In this document: in pieces, positions 8,760 through 17,783 of the stretch
Numbering within the stretch: position 1 is the first letter of the stretch
Layout: each line of letters opens with the position of its first letter
NCBI GenBank assembly: GCA_034658975.1
Contig: JAYEGJ010000001.1
Coordinates: 1,991-65,990 of the forward strand
Length of the DNA: 64,000 nt
Source: Actinomycetota bacterium
Lineage (GTDB): Bacteria; Actinomycetota; Acidimicrobiia; Spongiisociales; ZC4RG35
Direction: 5' to 3'
The notes under the pieces: generated by a model
Told to the model about the DNA's origin: nothing
Databases searched by the model: none
Seen by the model: the letters and a program-made list of their open reading frames with translations, nothing else
Translations under genes and position numbers: made by a program

Positions 8760-9212
8760 CTAGCCAGATCCGAACTTGGTCACCATCAGGATCTCGCTGG
8801 CGATCAGCAGAAACATGATGATCTGACCGCCGAGAGCGGCCCGTTGGGCATTGGAGGCGGCTGCGGCCATGTCTCCGGCTTCGGCGGCCTCCTTGGCGGC
8901 GGTCGCAGCCGGCTTGTTGACCACCAAACCGATGACGATAGCGAGCACGATCACCACGGCCCCGATCCACACAAAAGTGTCGCTCCACGCCCAGGCGTCG
9001 TTGGTCTCGACGAGGAAAGAGCCGGTCAGGAGGGAGAGAATCGCCGCGGGCATGAAGTACTTCCCCGAAGCGTCCAAGGTGACCTGAAGCCAGGCTCCAG
9101 CGGCTGGCCCGCCGGCCTTTGCCATCCTTGGCCCGGCGAAGCCCAGCATGATGGTTCCGCCAATCCAAGCCGCGGCCGCCAGGATGTGAAGGATCAGAAG
9201 TGTGTGTTGCAC
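8760..9212 (-). CDS. Small polytopic membrane protein (about 4 TM, DUF2269/CopD-like).
   Basis: Hydrophobic helices LLILHILAAAAWIGGTIML... Terminator lies downstream. Confidence 0.5.
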   Translation of the reverse strand: MQHTLLILHILAAAAWIGGTIMLGFAGPRMAKAGGPAAGAWLQVTLDASGKYFMPAAILSLLTGSFLVETNDAWAWSDTFVWIGAVVIVLAIVIGLVVNKPAATAAKEAAEAGDMAAAASNAQRAALGGQIIMFLLIASEILMVTKFGSG

Positions 9213-9257
9213 GCGTTCCTCTCGATTGGTGCGATGAGCCGGGAAGTCTAAGAAGGG

Positions 9258-10223
9258 TTAGTCGTCAACAGCGATGTCAAAACCGTGCCCGGTCATCCAG
9301 TCGTCGTTGTACACCTTCGAGAGGTATCCGCGACCCGAATCCGGGACCAGGACGACGACGAGCTTCGATGGATCCTCGGCCGCTACTTCGAGAGCTGCAT
9401 ACACCGCCATCCCGCCAGACCCACCCGTGAGGACGCCCTCGACTCGTGCCAGTCGCCGCGTCATCTCGAACGACTCCGCATCGGTCACCTCGATGAAGCG
9501 ATCGATCAGGTCGAGGTCCATCGTTTGCGGGTAGAAGTCCTCGCCCACCCCCTCGACGTAATACTGGTGGAGATCGCCATCGGGCCCTTTTGTGTAGATG
9601 GAGCCCTCCGGATCAGCACCGACGAGCCGGATGTCCGGTTTGCGTTCTCTCAAATAGCGACCTGCCCCCGTGATGGTTCCCCCGGTCCCAACCCCGGCAA
9701 CGAGGATATCGATTCGTCCTTCTGTTTGAGCCCAAATCTCGGGCCCGGTCGTGTCGTAGTGGCCCTGGGGGTTGGCGTCGTTGAAGTACTGATTGGGCTG
9801 GAACGAGCCTTCGATCTCGGCCGCGAGCCGATCGGCCACTCCGTAGTAGGACTCCGGGTGACCCGGCCCGTACTCGGTCGGAGTGACGATGACCTCAACT
9901 CCGTATGCCTTGAGGAGGTCCTGCTTCTCCTTGGAAACCTTGTCGGGAACGGTGCAAATCACGCGGTAACCCCGCACGGCCCCGACGAGAGCGAGTCCGA
10001 CACCGGTGTTGCCCGATGTCGGTTCGATGATCGTTCCGCCTGGCTTGAGCAGCCCCTCGGCCTCGGCCTTGTCGATCATGGAGACGGCGATGCGCTCCTT
10101 GATCGAGCCTCCCGGGTTCATGTACTCGATCTTGGCGACCAGGTTTCCCTCGGGATGAAGCCTCGAGAGACGGACCAGGGGGGTGTTGCCGATCGCAGCG
10201 ACGATGTCGTCGAAGATTTCCAT
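9258..10223 (-). CDS. cysK: PLP-dependent cysteine synthase family (CysK/CysM/CBS-type, no CBS domain).
   Basis: [11 protein letters not shown] (PLP lysine), [10 protein letters not shown] and the GGTITG glycine loop. 321 aa. Confidence 0.85.
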   Translation of the reverse strand: MEIFDDIVAAIGNTPLVRLSRLHPEGNLVAKIEYMNPGGSIKERIAVSMIDKAEAEGLLKPGGTIIEPTSGNTGVGLALVGAVRGYRVICTVPDKVSKEKQDLLKAYGVEVIVTPTEYGPGHPESYYGVADRLAAEIEGSFQPNQYFNDANPQGHYDTTGPEIWAQTEGRIDILVAGVGTGGTITGAGRYLRERKPDIRLVGADPEGSIYTKGPDGDLHQYYVEGVGEDFYPQTMDLDLIDRFIEVTDAESFEMTRRLARVEGVLTGGSGGMAVYAALEVAAEDPSKLVVVLVPDSGRGYLSKVYNDDWMTGHGFDIAVDD

Positions 10224-10576
10224 TGCAGGGGAGGCTAGATGTGTTCGTCCTCATCAGAACGCGATGTGGCGCGCATCACGACCACCACGATCGCGGCTGC
10301 AGCGACAGTGAGGATTGCCGCCAGCGTGTAGGCGTTGGTCGAATCGGCGAGGACCGGCACCAGCGCGTTCAAAGCTTCCATGCCTCGATGTTGGCACATC
10401 GAATTGTCCCGAGTCGTCGGTTCGTCTTGGTCTTCAACGTGATCACGATCCTTTTGGGCGCCGTGGTCCGTGCCACGGGCAGTGGTGCGGGCTGTGGACC
10501 CTTGTGGCCGACACCCTTTGGATTGCCTATGTGCTGACATCGGCCGATGCCCTTCAGGTGCGAATACGGACCACTG

Positions 10577-11032
10577 TCAGCTCTTGATCGGCTGTCGTTC
10601 GTCCCCCATCAGATAGCGGGGTCCTGATCCCAAGTCGGCGGCGGAGTCATCGGGGTTGAAGATGGCGCACGATTTGAGGGACAGGCACCCGCACCCGATG
10701 CAATCGCTCAACTCGTCCCGGAGGGCGGTCATCTCGTCTATCTGGGCGTCGAGACGGTCTCTCCATGAGCGCGAAAGTCTCCCCCAGTCCGCCTTGGTGG
10801 GCGTCTTGTCGTGAGGAAGGCTCTCCAGGGCGCTCGCCAGCTCCGACAGTGTCAGTCCGACCTCTTGTCCGGCGCGGATCAACGCCACCCGTCTCAACGT
10901 TGCCCTCGCGTAGCGCCGCTGATTCCCGTCGGTTCTCTCGGATTCGATGAGCCCTTTGGTCTCGTAGAAGCGCAGCGCCGACGTGGCGACGCCCGCTCTC
11001 GTTGCAAGCTCTCCAACGGTCAACCAATCCAT
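10577..11032 (-). CDS. soxR: MerR-family redox-sensing activator SoxR.
   Basis: MerR HTH (MDWLTVGELATRAGVATSALRFYE) plus the C-terminal SoxR [2Fe-2S] motif CIGCGCLSLKSC. Start at internal Met (ATG at 11030-11032). Confidence 0.85.
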   Translation of the reverse strand: MDWLTVGELATRAGVATSALRFYETKGLIESERTDGNQRRYARATLRRVALIRAGQEVGLTLSELASALESLPHDKTPTKADWGRLSRSWRDRLDAQIDEMTALRDELSDCIGCGCLSLKSCAIFNPDDSAADLGSGPRYLMGDERQPIKS

Positions 11033-11048
11033 GGCCTGATCGTAGCCC

Positions 11049-11079
11049 TTGACTTCAAGTGTGCTTGAAGTTGTAGCTT
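11049..11079 (+). promoter_or_regulatory. SoxR-box promoter: TTGACT, then a 19-bp spacer containing the palindrome ACTTCAAG-tgtg-CTTGAAGT, then TAGCTT.
   Basis: Perfect 8-bp inverted repeat between the -35 and -10 hexamers with the 19-bp spacing typical of MerR/SoxR targets. Sits in the soxR/tkt-N divergent intergenic region. Confidence 0.6.
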
Positions 11080-11131
11080 GTGGGCGATGCCAGGCCACCC
11101 GCACCTTGGTTACTCCGATCTCATCCCGCTG

Positions 11132-11779
11132 ATGTCGGTGATGACCGGCGACGAGAAGCATGCAATCACAGCTTCGTCGACCCTCGATGTGATCTGGACG
11201 CTGTATGACCGGGTGCTTTCGGTCGATCCGGATGATCCGACCAATCGCGACCGCGATCGATTCTTGCTGTCCAAGGGGCATGGTCCGATGGCCTTCTACG
11301 CGGTTCTCGCTGCGAAAGGGTTTCTCGATCCCGGGGAACTCGATGGTTTTGGCGATTTCGACTCGAGACTCGGACATCACCCCGATCGGACCCTGATTCC
11401 CGGTGTGGAGATTTCATCCGGGTCCCTCGGCCATGGGCTGCCCATCGCAGTGGGCATGGCGCTGGGGGTCCGTCTCGCCGACGCGGGCGGTCGCGTGTTC
11501 TGTCTCATCGGTGACGGGGAACTCGGCGAAGGATCGAATCACGAAGCCATCGCTGTCGCTGCCCGGTTCGGATTGGACAGGCTCACAGTGGTCGTGATCG
11601 ATAACGCCAGCCCTTATCTGGGATGGCCAGGAGGTATCGGGTCCCGGTTCGAGGTCGAGGGTTGGGAGTCCCGCCAGGTAGACGGCCGTGATCTCGACGC
11701 GATCGAGGAGGCCCTTGCTGCGCCTCATCCCGGTCGCCCGATGGCGGTCGTGGCCGACTCGGGAGCGAACCATGACTGA
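11132..11779 (+). CDS. Transketolase N-terminal subunit (split transketolase, TPP-binding half). Start uncertain; the ORF opens at 11078.
   Basis: GHGPMAFYAVLAAKGF, GSLGHGLPIAVGMAL and GDGELGEGSNHEA (TPP-binding motif). Confidence 0.8.
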   Translation: MSVMTGDEKHAITASSTLDVIWTLYDRVLSVDPDDPTNRDRDRFLLSKGHGPMAFYAVLAAKGFLDPGELDGFGDFDSRLGHHPDRTLIPGVEISSGSLGHGLPIAVGMALGVRLADAGGRVFCLIGDGELGEGSNHEAIAVAARFGLDRLTVVVIDNASPYLGWPGGIGSRFEVEGWESRQVDGRDLDAIEEALAAPHPGRPMAVVADSGANHD

Positions 11780-11860
11780 CACCATGCGAGAGCGCTTTAC
11801 CCGCGTGGTGGGGGACCTGGCATCGGAGGGCTCGCGGCCTCGACGCTGGCGGCATCCGGG
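11772..11860 (+). pseudogene. Remnant 5' end of the transketolase C-terminal subunit gene (about 20 codons), truncated.
   Basis: ATGACTGA start/stop overlap with the N-subunit gene as in intact split-tkt operons. MTDTMRERFTRVVGDLASEG resembles the C-subunit N-terminus, then the frame becomes nonsense and the next gene begins about 130 bp later. Confidence 0.4.
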
Positions 11861-11911
11861 CATTTGTGTTGGCCGTGCTTGCCGCTGCAAGGAAGTCGTA
11901 ATCTCGACGCC

Positions 11912-12349
11912 ATGCGGTCGATGCCCATGTCCGAGATCGAGGAGCGTCTGTCGGATTCCCTCCAGGCGATTCTCTCGGTGAGCCGAAAGGAGAGGGGTCC
12001 TCTGGCGGTTCCGATGTCGTTCCTCTTCGCCGCCGGCGAGTTCCGCATGATCACGTCTCCCGATTCCCAACACGGGAAACTGATTCGGAAGACGGGTCGC
12101 GCCACCATGACGATCGAGGCCGAGGACTACGGCCCCAGAAGCGTGGAACAGTGGTATGTGATGGCCGAGGGTCCCATCAGGTTCACCGATGATGATCCGG
12201 TCCCTTTGCTACGTGCTGTCATGGAGAAGGATCGAGGTGCCGAGTTTCTCGAGGAGTGGGTCGCCCAATCCCTGCCCAACGTCCTCCAGGTAGCCATCTT
12301 GACCCCGGAGACGCTGTCCGGCTATTTCGGCCGGAGCGAGTTGGACTAG
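11912..12349 (+). CDS. Pyridoxamine 5'-phosphate oxidase-like (PPOX class, possibly F420-dependent) protein.
   Basis: PNPOx-fold pattern: PLAVPMSFLFAAGEFRMITSPDSQHGKLIRKTGRATMTIE...WYVMAEG. Confidence 0.6.
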   Translation: MRSMPMSEIEERLSDSLQAILSVSRKERGPLAVPMSFLFAAGEFRMITSPDSQHGKLIRKTGRATMTIEAEDYGPRSVEQWYVMAEGPIRFTDDDPVPLLRAVMEKDRGAEFLEEWVAQSLPNVLQVAILTPETLSGYFGRSELD

Positions 12350-12366
12350 TGGCCCGCCGCACCAAT

Positions 12367-12466
12367 GATTGTGGCCTTACCCCCTCCGTCGCCTTCGGCG
12401 CCACCTCCCCCAACGTCGCTTCGCTCCTGGGGGAGGAGACGGTCGCTTCGCTCTTGGGGGAGGGGG
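12367..12466. repeat. Intergenic repeat family A, copy 2.
   Basis: See copy 1 (7849-7955), about 90% identical over about 90 bp. Lies between the PPOX gene and the S8 protease gene. Confidence 0.7.
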
Positions 12467-12516
12467 GCACGCACCCCGGAATCGTCCTGATTCTTACAGC
12501 TCGATAAATTCGCCCC

Positions 12517-13470
12517 ATGCGAAAACTGAGCATCCTCCTGGTCGTGGCACTCCTGGCCTCGGCTTGTGCTGGCACAGAAGTTGGTCCCGACCCGTTCATC
12601 GAAGAGCAGTACGCGCTCGATCTGATGGATCTTCCCGAGGCTTGGGAAACGGCGACCGGCAAGGGAGTGGTGATTGCGATCATCGACACGGGCGTCGACC
12701 TCGATCACCCCGATCTGAAGTCGAAGCTCGAGAGGGGGCGCGACTTCGTCGACGGTGATCGCGAGCCTCAGGACGAGAACGGCCACGGGACCCACGTCGC
12801 CGGGATCGCCGCGGCAATCAAGGACAACGGAATCGGCATCACCGGGGCTGCTCCCGACGCTCGGATTCTCCCCGTTCGTGTGCTCAACAAAGAGGGAGTT
12901 GGCGACGGAGAGAGCATTGCGGAAGCAATCCGCTGGGCCACGGAGAATGGCGCCGATGTGATCAACCTCTCTCTTGGAGGCTCCTCAGACCTCCTGGGCC
13001 GGTTGTTCAAGAACGGGCCTTCCAACGATGCGATTCGTGAGGCCGATGCGGCGGGGGTGGTGGTTGTTGCGGCAGCAGGTAACGACGCCACCTTCATCCA
13101 GGCGTACCGCACCGACGTTCCGGTCATCGTCGTCAACGCTTCCAACGAGCTGGACTTGCCGGCCGGGTTCACCAACTTCGGAGATCCAAGAGCTATCACG
13201 GCTCCGGGTGCCCGCATCCTTTCAACGGCTCCGTCGGGCTCGACGGAGATCTGGCCCGATGGCTCCGAGGGGTACGAGGCCATCAGCGGGACCTCCATGG
13301 CAACGCCCTATGTGGCGGGTGTCGCCGCACTGCTGGTGGAACTGGGCCTGACCCCGGCGGAAATCCGAGACATCCTCGTCCAGACCACCGATGACCCGAA
13401 TGCTGTGTTTGTCCTGTCCGCCGGCCGAATCAACGCGGCCGCCGCCGTGCAGGCCGCTTCGGGTAGCTAG
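12517..13470 (+). CDS. Secreted subtilisin-like serine protease (S8 family).
   Basis: Signal peptide, then the catalytic triad motifs IIDTGVD (Asp), HGTHVAG (His) and GTSMATPYVAG (Ser). Confidence 0.85.
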   Translation: MRKLSILLVVALLASACAGTEVGPDPFIEEQYALDLMDLPEAWETATGKGVVIAIIDTGVDLDHPDLKSKLERGRDFVDGDREPQDENGHGTHVAGIAAAIKDNGIGITGAAPDARILPVRVLNKEGVGDGESIAEAIRWATENGADVINLSLGGSSDLLGRLFKNGPSNDAIREADAAGVVVVAAAGNDATFIQAYRTDVPVIVVNASNELDLPAGFTNFGDPRAITAPGARILSTAPSGSTEIWPDGSEGYEAISGTSMATPYVAGVAALLVELGLTPAEIRDILVQTTDDPNAVFVLSAGRINAAAAVQAASGS

Positions 13471-13523
13471 GAGTCTGTCTTTCGACTTGCGGGGAAGCTC
13501 TTCTCCGCTGAGAATCTACGTCC

Positions 13524-14387
13524 ATGCCTGATCACGGACCATCGATTGCGTTTGAGACTCTCGAGGACAAAGTCGCGCAACTCGAGCAAGAGCGCGACAA
13601 GCTCCTCGCGCGGGTCGACAGAGACGAGCCTCTTCGTCCCTATCAGGTAGAACTGCTCAAGCTCCAACGTCATCTCGAGGCGCAACGGATCCCGATGATC
13701 GTTCTCTTCGAGGGCCGTGACGCGTCGGGCAAGGGCGGAACCATCAGACGTGTCAACCGCTACATGAATGAGAAGCGGGCGAGGGTGGTCGCACTCGGCA
13801 AACCAACCGAGGATCAGAAGACGCAGTGGTATTTCCAGCGCTACGTCCAGCAGTTCCCCCATGGAGGAGAGATCGTCCTCTTCGACCGGTCCTGGTACAA
13901 CCGGGCTTTGGTCGAGCCGGTCTTCGGGTTCTGCACCAAGGCCGAGTATCGAGACTTCCTCAAGGGTGTCGTCGGTTTCGAGAAAGACCTGGTCCGCCAG
14001 GGAACCGTTCTGGTCAAGCTCTATTTCTCGGTCGACAAGGAAACGCAGGCCAGGCGCTTCGACAGACGTCGCAACGATCCGCTGCGGCAGTGGAAGCTCA
14101 GCGAGATCGACGTCCAGGCTCAGGCCCTATGGGACGACTTCACCGAGATGAAGCACCGCATGCTGGAGAGAACCAACACGACCCAGGCCCCATGGACGAT
14201 CATTCGATCGAACTCGAAATCGAAAGCACGACTCAACGCGATGAAGGTCATTCTCAACGCAGTCGACTACGCGGATCGAGATCCCGACCTCGATTTCAAC
14301 CCCGATCCAGACATTGTGATCTCGGGCACGGACGAGATGATTCAGATGGACGAGGAGCGCGACAGGCTTGGTCGGCCCCGCCTCTAG
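13524..14387 (+). CDS. ppk2: Polyphosphate kinase 2 (PPK2 family).
   Basis: FEGRDASGKGG (Walker A), and WYFQRY/DRSWYNR lid motifs characteristic of PPK2. Confidence 0.9.
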   Translation: MPDHGPSIAFETLEDKVAQLEQERDKLLARVDRDEPLRPYQVELLKLQRHLEAQRIPMIVLFEGRDASGKGGTIRRVNRYMNEKRARVVALGKPTEDQKTQWYFQRYVQQFPHGGEIVLFDRSWYNRALVEPVFGFCTKAEYRDFLKGVVGFEKDLVRQGTVLVKLYFSVDKETQARRFDRRRNDPLRQWKLSEIDVQAQALWDDFTEMKHRMLERTNTTQAPWTIIRSNSKSKARLNAMKVILNAVDYADRDPDLDFNPDPDIVISGTDEMIQMDEERDRLGRPRL

Positions 14388-14400
14388 TGCCCACTGACCG

Positions 14401-14922
14401 TTGAAGACCCTGCTGCTGCTGCGACACGCCAAGTCGGACTGGGATGCCGCCTATGGCGCCGATCATGAACGACCGTTGAACGATCGGGGAGCTCGCAGCG
14501 CCCGCATCATGGGTCGGCTCATCAACGCCCAGGGGATCGCCCCTCAGTTCGCTATCAGTTCCACTGCCGTCAGGGCCCGAACCACTGTCGAATTGGCTGC
14601 CGAGGCCGGCAACTGGGATTGCCCGATCACACTCGATGCCGGGCTCTACGAATCCGGACTCGATGGGGTGCTCGCCCTTGCCGCATCGGCTCCCGACGTC
14701 GAGCGGCTCATGCTCGTCGGCCATCAGCCGACATGGTCGATGCTCGTACACCGCCTGACGGGAGCCAGAGCCGACATGAAGACGGCCTCTGTTGCAGCGA
14801 TCGAACTCATGCTTGACGGGTGGTCCGATCTCCCTGAAACAAGCGGCGTTCTCACCGCTCTTCATCACCCGCGCCCCTACTTCGGCTCGGAGTGGGACGA
14901 TGTGGCAGGATCAGCCACATGA
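14401..14922 (+). CDS. Histidine phosphatase superfamily protein (SixA-like phosphohistidine phosphatase).
   Basis: LLLLRHAKSDW catalytic RHG-type motif at the N-terminus. TTG start. Confidence 0.7.
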   Translation: MKTLLLLRHAKSDWDAAYGADHERPLNDRGARSARIMGRLINAQGIAPQFAISSTAVRARTTVELAAEAGNWDCPITLDAGLYESGLDGVLALAASAPDVERLMLVGHQPTWSMLVHRLTGARADMKTASVAAIELMLDGWSDLPETSGVLTALHHPRPYFGSEWDDVAGSAT

Positions 14923-15749
14923 CGTGGAAGCTCGACTGCGGCGCCTACACCCTCTTCGTCATCGAGGACGGGTACTACTGGCGCGATCCGAAGACCTACG
15001 ACGAACGGGCCAATGAGAACGACTGGCGGCATTACCCCCGAAACGATGCCGGCCAAGTGCGAATGAATTTTGGCTGCTACCTGATTACAGATGGAGATCG
15101 GACGGTCATGATCGACGCCGGAATTGGGGATGCTGCCGCGGGTACTCCAGGAATGACGGCCGGCCTGATGCCAGAAGCAGTGGACGCACTGGGAATTGGC
15201 AGGGATGACGTGGAACGGGTCGTTTACACCCATATGCACTACGACCACATCGGGGGCAGCCAACGAGATGGAAAGACCGTCTTCGGAAACGCCCGCCACA
15301 TCTTTCACACCAAGGAGTGGAGCTTCTGGTCGGGGGTGAACGACGAGTTCGGAACTGCCGCCCAGAACATCATGAATCCCCTCATTGACGGTGGGGTCGT
15401 CGACTTCATCGATCACGACACCGAGATTCTTCCGGGTGTTACGGCCGTTGAATCGTTCGGGCATACACCGGGCCATCTGACCATCTCGATCATCTCCAAC
15501 GGGACGCGGACCCTCCTCGGAGGCGACGTGAGCAATCACCCCTTCCAGGTCGAGCATCCGCATTGGAGTCTTCCCGTTGACAACGATCACGACATGGCCG
15601 CAGCCACGAGAGACCGGGTTTTCGAGCAGCTACGAGACACCGACACCTATTTCGTGGCCGGGCACTACCCGATGCCGGGAATCGGCAAGATCGTGACCGA
15701 CGACGGCGTGCGTGTTTACCAACCTGGGTCCATTTCCAAGATCGGCTAA
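14919..15749 (+). CDS. MBL-fold metallo-hydrolase.
   Basis: HMHYDHIGG (HxHxDH) and GHTPGH motifs. ATGA overlap with the upstream gene. Confidence 0.8.
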   Translation: MTWKLDCGAYTLFVIEDGYYWRDPKTYDERANENDWRHYPRNDAGQVRMNFGCYLITDGDRTVMIDAGIGDAAAGTPGMTAGLMPEAVDALGIGRDDVERVVYTHMHYDHIGGSQRDGKTVFGNARHIFHTKEWSFWSGVNDEFGTAAQNIMNPLIDGGVVDFIDHDTEILPGVTAVESFGHTPGHLTISIISNGTRTLLGGDVSNHPFQVEHPHWSLPVDNDHDMAAATRDRVFEQLRDTDTYFVAGHYPMPGIGKIVTDDGVRVYQPGSISKIG

Positions 15750-15811
15750 GCGCCACGTTTCCGCCCGCTCGATCGAGGCAACCCGGTCAAGTCAGGCGAC
15801 CTCTTAGGCTG

Positions 15812-16195
15812 TTGATCGTGGAGAACACGACCGCCGAGAAGGGACGACAGGTGACACCTGAGGGGACCTGGCTCGTCGAGGTTTTCATGGTCGATGGAGA
15901 GATGGTGCCGCCGCTTCCGGGGTCAACCATGTCCCTCGAATTCGTCGAGGGCCGGGTCGGCGGCGTAGCAAGCATCAACCGGTTCATGGGTCAGTTCGGT
16001 GACGAACTGCTGTTTGGCCCTCTGGCGACCACGATGATGGCCGGTCCACCCCAGTTGATGGAACAAGAAGGCCGATATTTGGGTTTACTCAGTCAGGCGG
16101 ATTCTTTGCTGTTTGGGCCCAATGAACTGAGCCTGATCGCCAAAGAAGACGTGATTGTGGTGCTGAAACCCGAGGGAACCGACTCAGAGGAGTAG
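15812..16195 (+). CDS. META/HslJ-like domain protein (DUF306).
   Basis: 127 aa. 'TWLVEVFMVDGEMVPP...LEFVEGRVGGVASINRFMGQF' resembles META-domain proteins. Confidence 0.55.
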   Translation: MIVENTTAEKGRQVTPEGTWLVEVFMVDGEMVPPLPGSTMSLEFVEGRVGGVASINRFMGQFGDELLFGPLATTMMAGPPQLMEQEGRYLGLLSQADSLLFGPNELSLIAKEDVIVVLKPEGTDSEE

Positions 16196-16323
16196 ATCGT
16201 CATACAGATGCTGACGAAATTGGGGGGTTCACAAGGCACTTCTTTTGCGTATAGTTGACGACTCGGGGTTTCGCTGGCCCCCACTGCACAACCCTGGTGC
16301 ACATGCGGAGGTTCTAAAGACTT

Positions 16324-17313
16324 ATGGCTGCTACTGATACGCGTAAAAACAAGGCTGAGAAGCCCCGTCGCGTCCGTCTTCATTCGAAGCTCACGGACGA
16401 GCGCGGGCGGCTCACAACAGACCTGGTTTCTCAATACCTGACTGCCATTGGCGAGTACGACCTGCTCACGGCAGAGCAGGAAGTCGAACTTGCTCAAAAG
16501 ATCGAGTCCGGTGAGGAGGCTGCCGAGAAGCTCGAAGAGGGCAAGTACTCGGGCAAGCGCCAGGAAATGGAGCTCCGGCGCATGGCGCGTCGCGGCGCCC
16601 AGGCCAAGGACGATTTCCTAACGGCCAACCTTCGTCTTGTCGTCGCAAACGCCCGTCGGTACGCCAACACCTCCGGCATCGACTTCCTCGACCTGATTCA
16701 GGAAGGAAACCTCGGTCTGATCCGTGCGGTCGAGAAGTTCGACTGGCGCAAGGGCTTCAAGTTCTCGACGTACGCCACCTGGTGGATTCGGCAGGCGATC
16801 ACCCGTGCCATCGCCGACAAGTCGCGGACCGTTCGAATCCCCGTCCACCTCCACGACACGCTGGCCGCAGTCCGTGCAGCGCAGGCCTCCCTCAAAGCCG
16901 AACTGGGGCGCGACCCCCGCCCGGAAGAGATTGCCGAGGAAGCCGGTGTCACCGCCGACAAGGTCGAGCTTGCTCTGAGCGTTGCCGACACCGTTTCACT
17001 CGAGCAGCCCATCGGTGAGGACGGTGCGCAGCTCGGAGACTTCATAGAGGATGAGGACGCCGCCGACCCGGTGCAGATGACCGAGGAGATGGATGTCGCC
17101 AACTCGCTTCGAGTGTCGATCGAGCGCCTTCCCGAGCGTGAAGGACGGATTCTTGCCCTCCGGTATGGCTTCTATGACGGTGTTCCGCGCACTCTCGAAG
17201 AGATAGGTGATGAGTTCAACCTCACCCGTGAGCGCATTCGCCAGCTCGAGAAGCTGGCTCTCTGCCGCCTGCGCCATCCGTCGTTCGGCATCCGCGAGGC
17301 CGATCTCGTCTGA
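16324..17313 (+). CDS. RNA polymerase sigma-70 family factor (group 1/2, SigA/SigB-like).
   Basis: Region 2 ([43 protein letters not shown]), region 3, and a region 4 HTH ([21 protein letters not shown]). Confidence 0.9.
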   Translation: MAATDTRKNKAEKPRRVRLHSKLTDERGRLTTDLVSQYLTAIGEYDLLTAEQEVELAQKIESGEEAAEKLEEGKYSGKRQEMELRRMARRGAQAKDDFLTANLRLVVANARRYANTSGIDFLDLIQEGNLGLIRAVEKFDWRKGFKFSTYATWWIRQAITRAIADKSRTVRIPVHLHDTLAAVRAAQASLKAELGRDPRPEEIAEEAGVTADKVELALSVADTVSLEQPIGEDGAQLGDFIEDEDAADPVQMTEEMDVANSLRVSIERLPEREGRILALRYGFYDGVPRTLEEIGDEFNLTRERIRQLEKLALCRLRHPSFGIREADLV

Positions 17314-17333
17314 TCTGCCCGCTCCGTGAATTC

Positions 17334-17358
17334 AAAGACCCGCCTTCAGCGGGTCTTT
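17334..17358 (+). terminator. Rho-independent terminator after the sigma factor gene.
   Basis: aaagacccgc-cttca-gcgggtcttt, followed by gcttttcc. Confidence 0.7.
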
Positions 17359-17405
17359 GCTTTTCCCGATGAGCGGAATCCGGGAGAAGCGGATACGGTG
17401 GCGCT

Positions 17406-17783
17406 GTGAATATCGGTGAACTGGTCGGCAAGGCGCCCTACGTGTGCGGACCCGATACCTCTCTATCCGAGGCGGCCCAGGCGATGGAGGAATCTGACCT
17501 CGGTTCGCTGGCCGTGGTCGAAGGGATGTCGCTGCTCGGTCTGATCACGGAGCGAGATATCCGCCGGGCTGTTGCCGGGAGTGTCGACTGCACATCGACT
17601 TCCGTTGCGGATGTGATGAGCGCCGAACCGGATACCTTCGACCCGGATCTCGACGTCTGGGATGCGGCGGCCTGGATCACCGAGTCGGGTTACCGCCATC
17701 TACCGGTCGTCGATGACGACGGCGCGCTGCTGGGTGTCGTGTCGATTCGGGACCTTTTAAGGGCCCTGGTGAACACGGTCTAG
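17406..17783 (+). CDS. CBS-domain pair protein.
   Basis: Two CBS motifs (LGSLAVVEGMSLLGLITERDI ... HLPVVDDDGALLGVVSIRDLL). Confidence 0.75.
   Translation: MNIGELVGKAPYVCGPDTSLSEAAQAMEESDLGSLAVVEGMSLLGLITERDIRRAVAGSVDCTSTSVADVMSAEPDTFDPDLDVWDAAAWITESGYRHLPVVDDDGALLGVVSIRDLLRALVNTV

Noticed and set aside
10235-10540. 101-aa minus-strand ORF downstream of cysK with a possible small TM protein from an internal Met ([36 protein letters not shown]).
   Set aside because: It overlaps a plus-strand ORF of similar quality, the N-terminal half is nonsense-like, and there is no family support. It is left uncalled.
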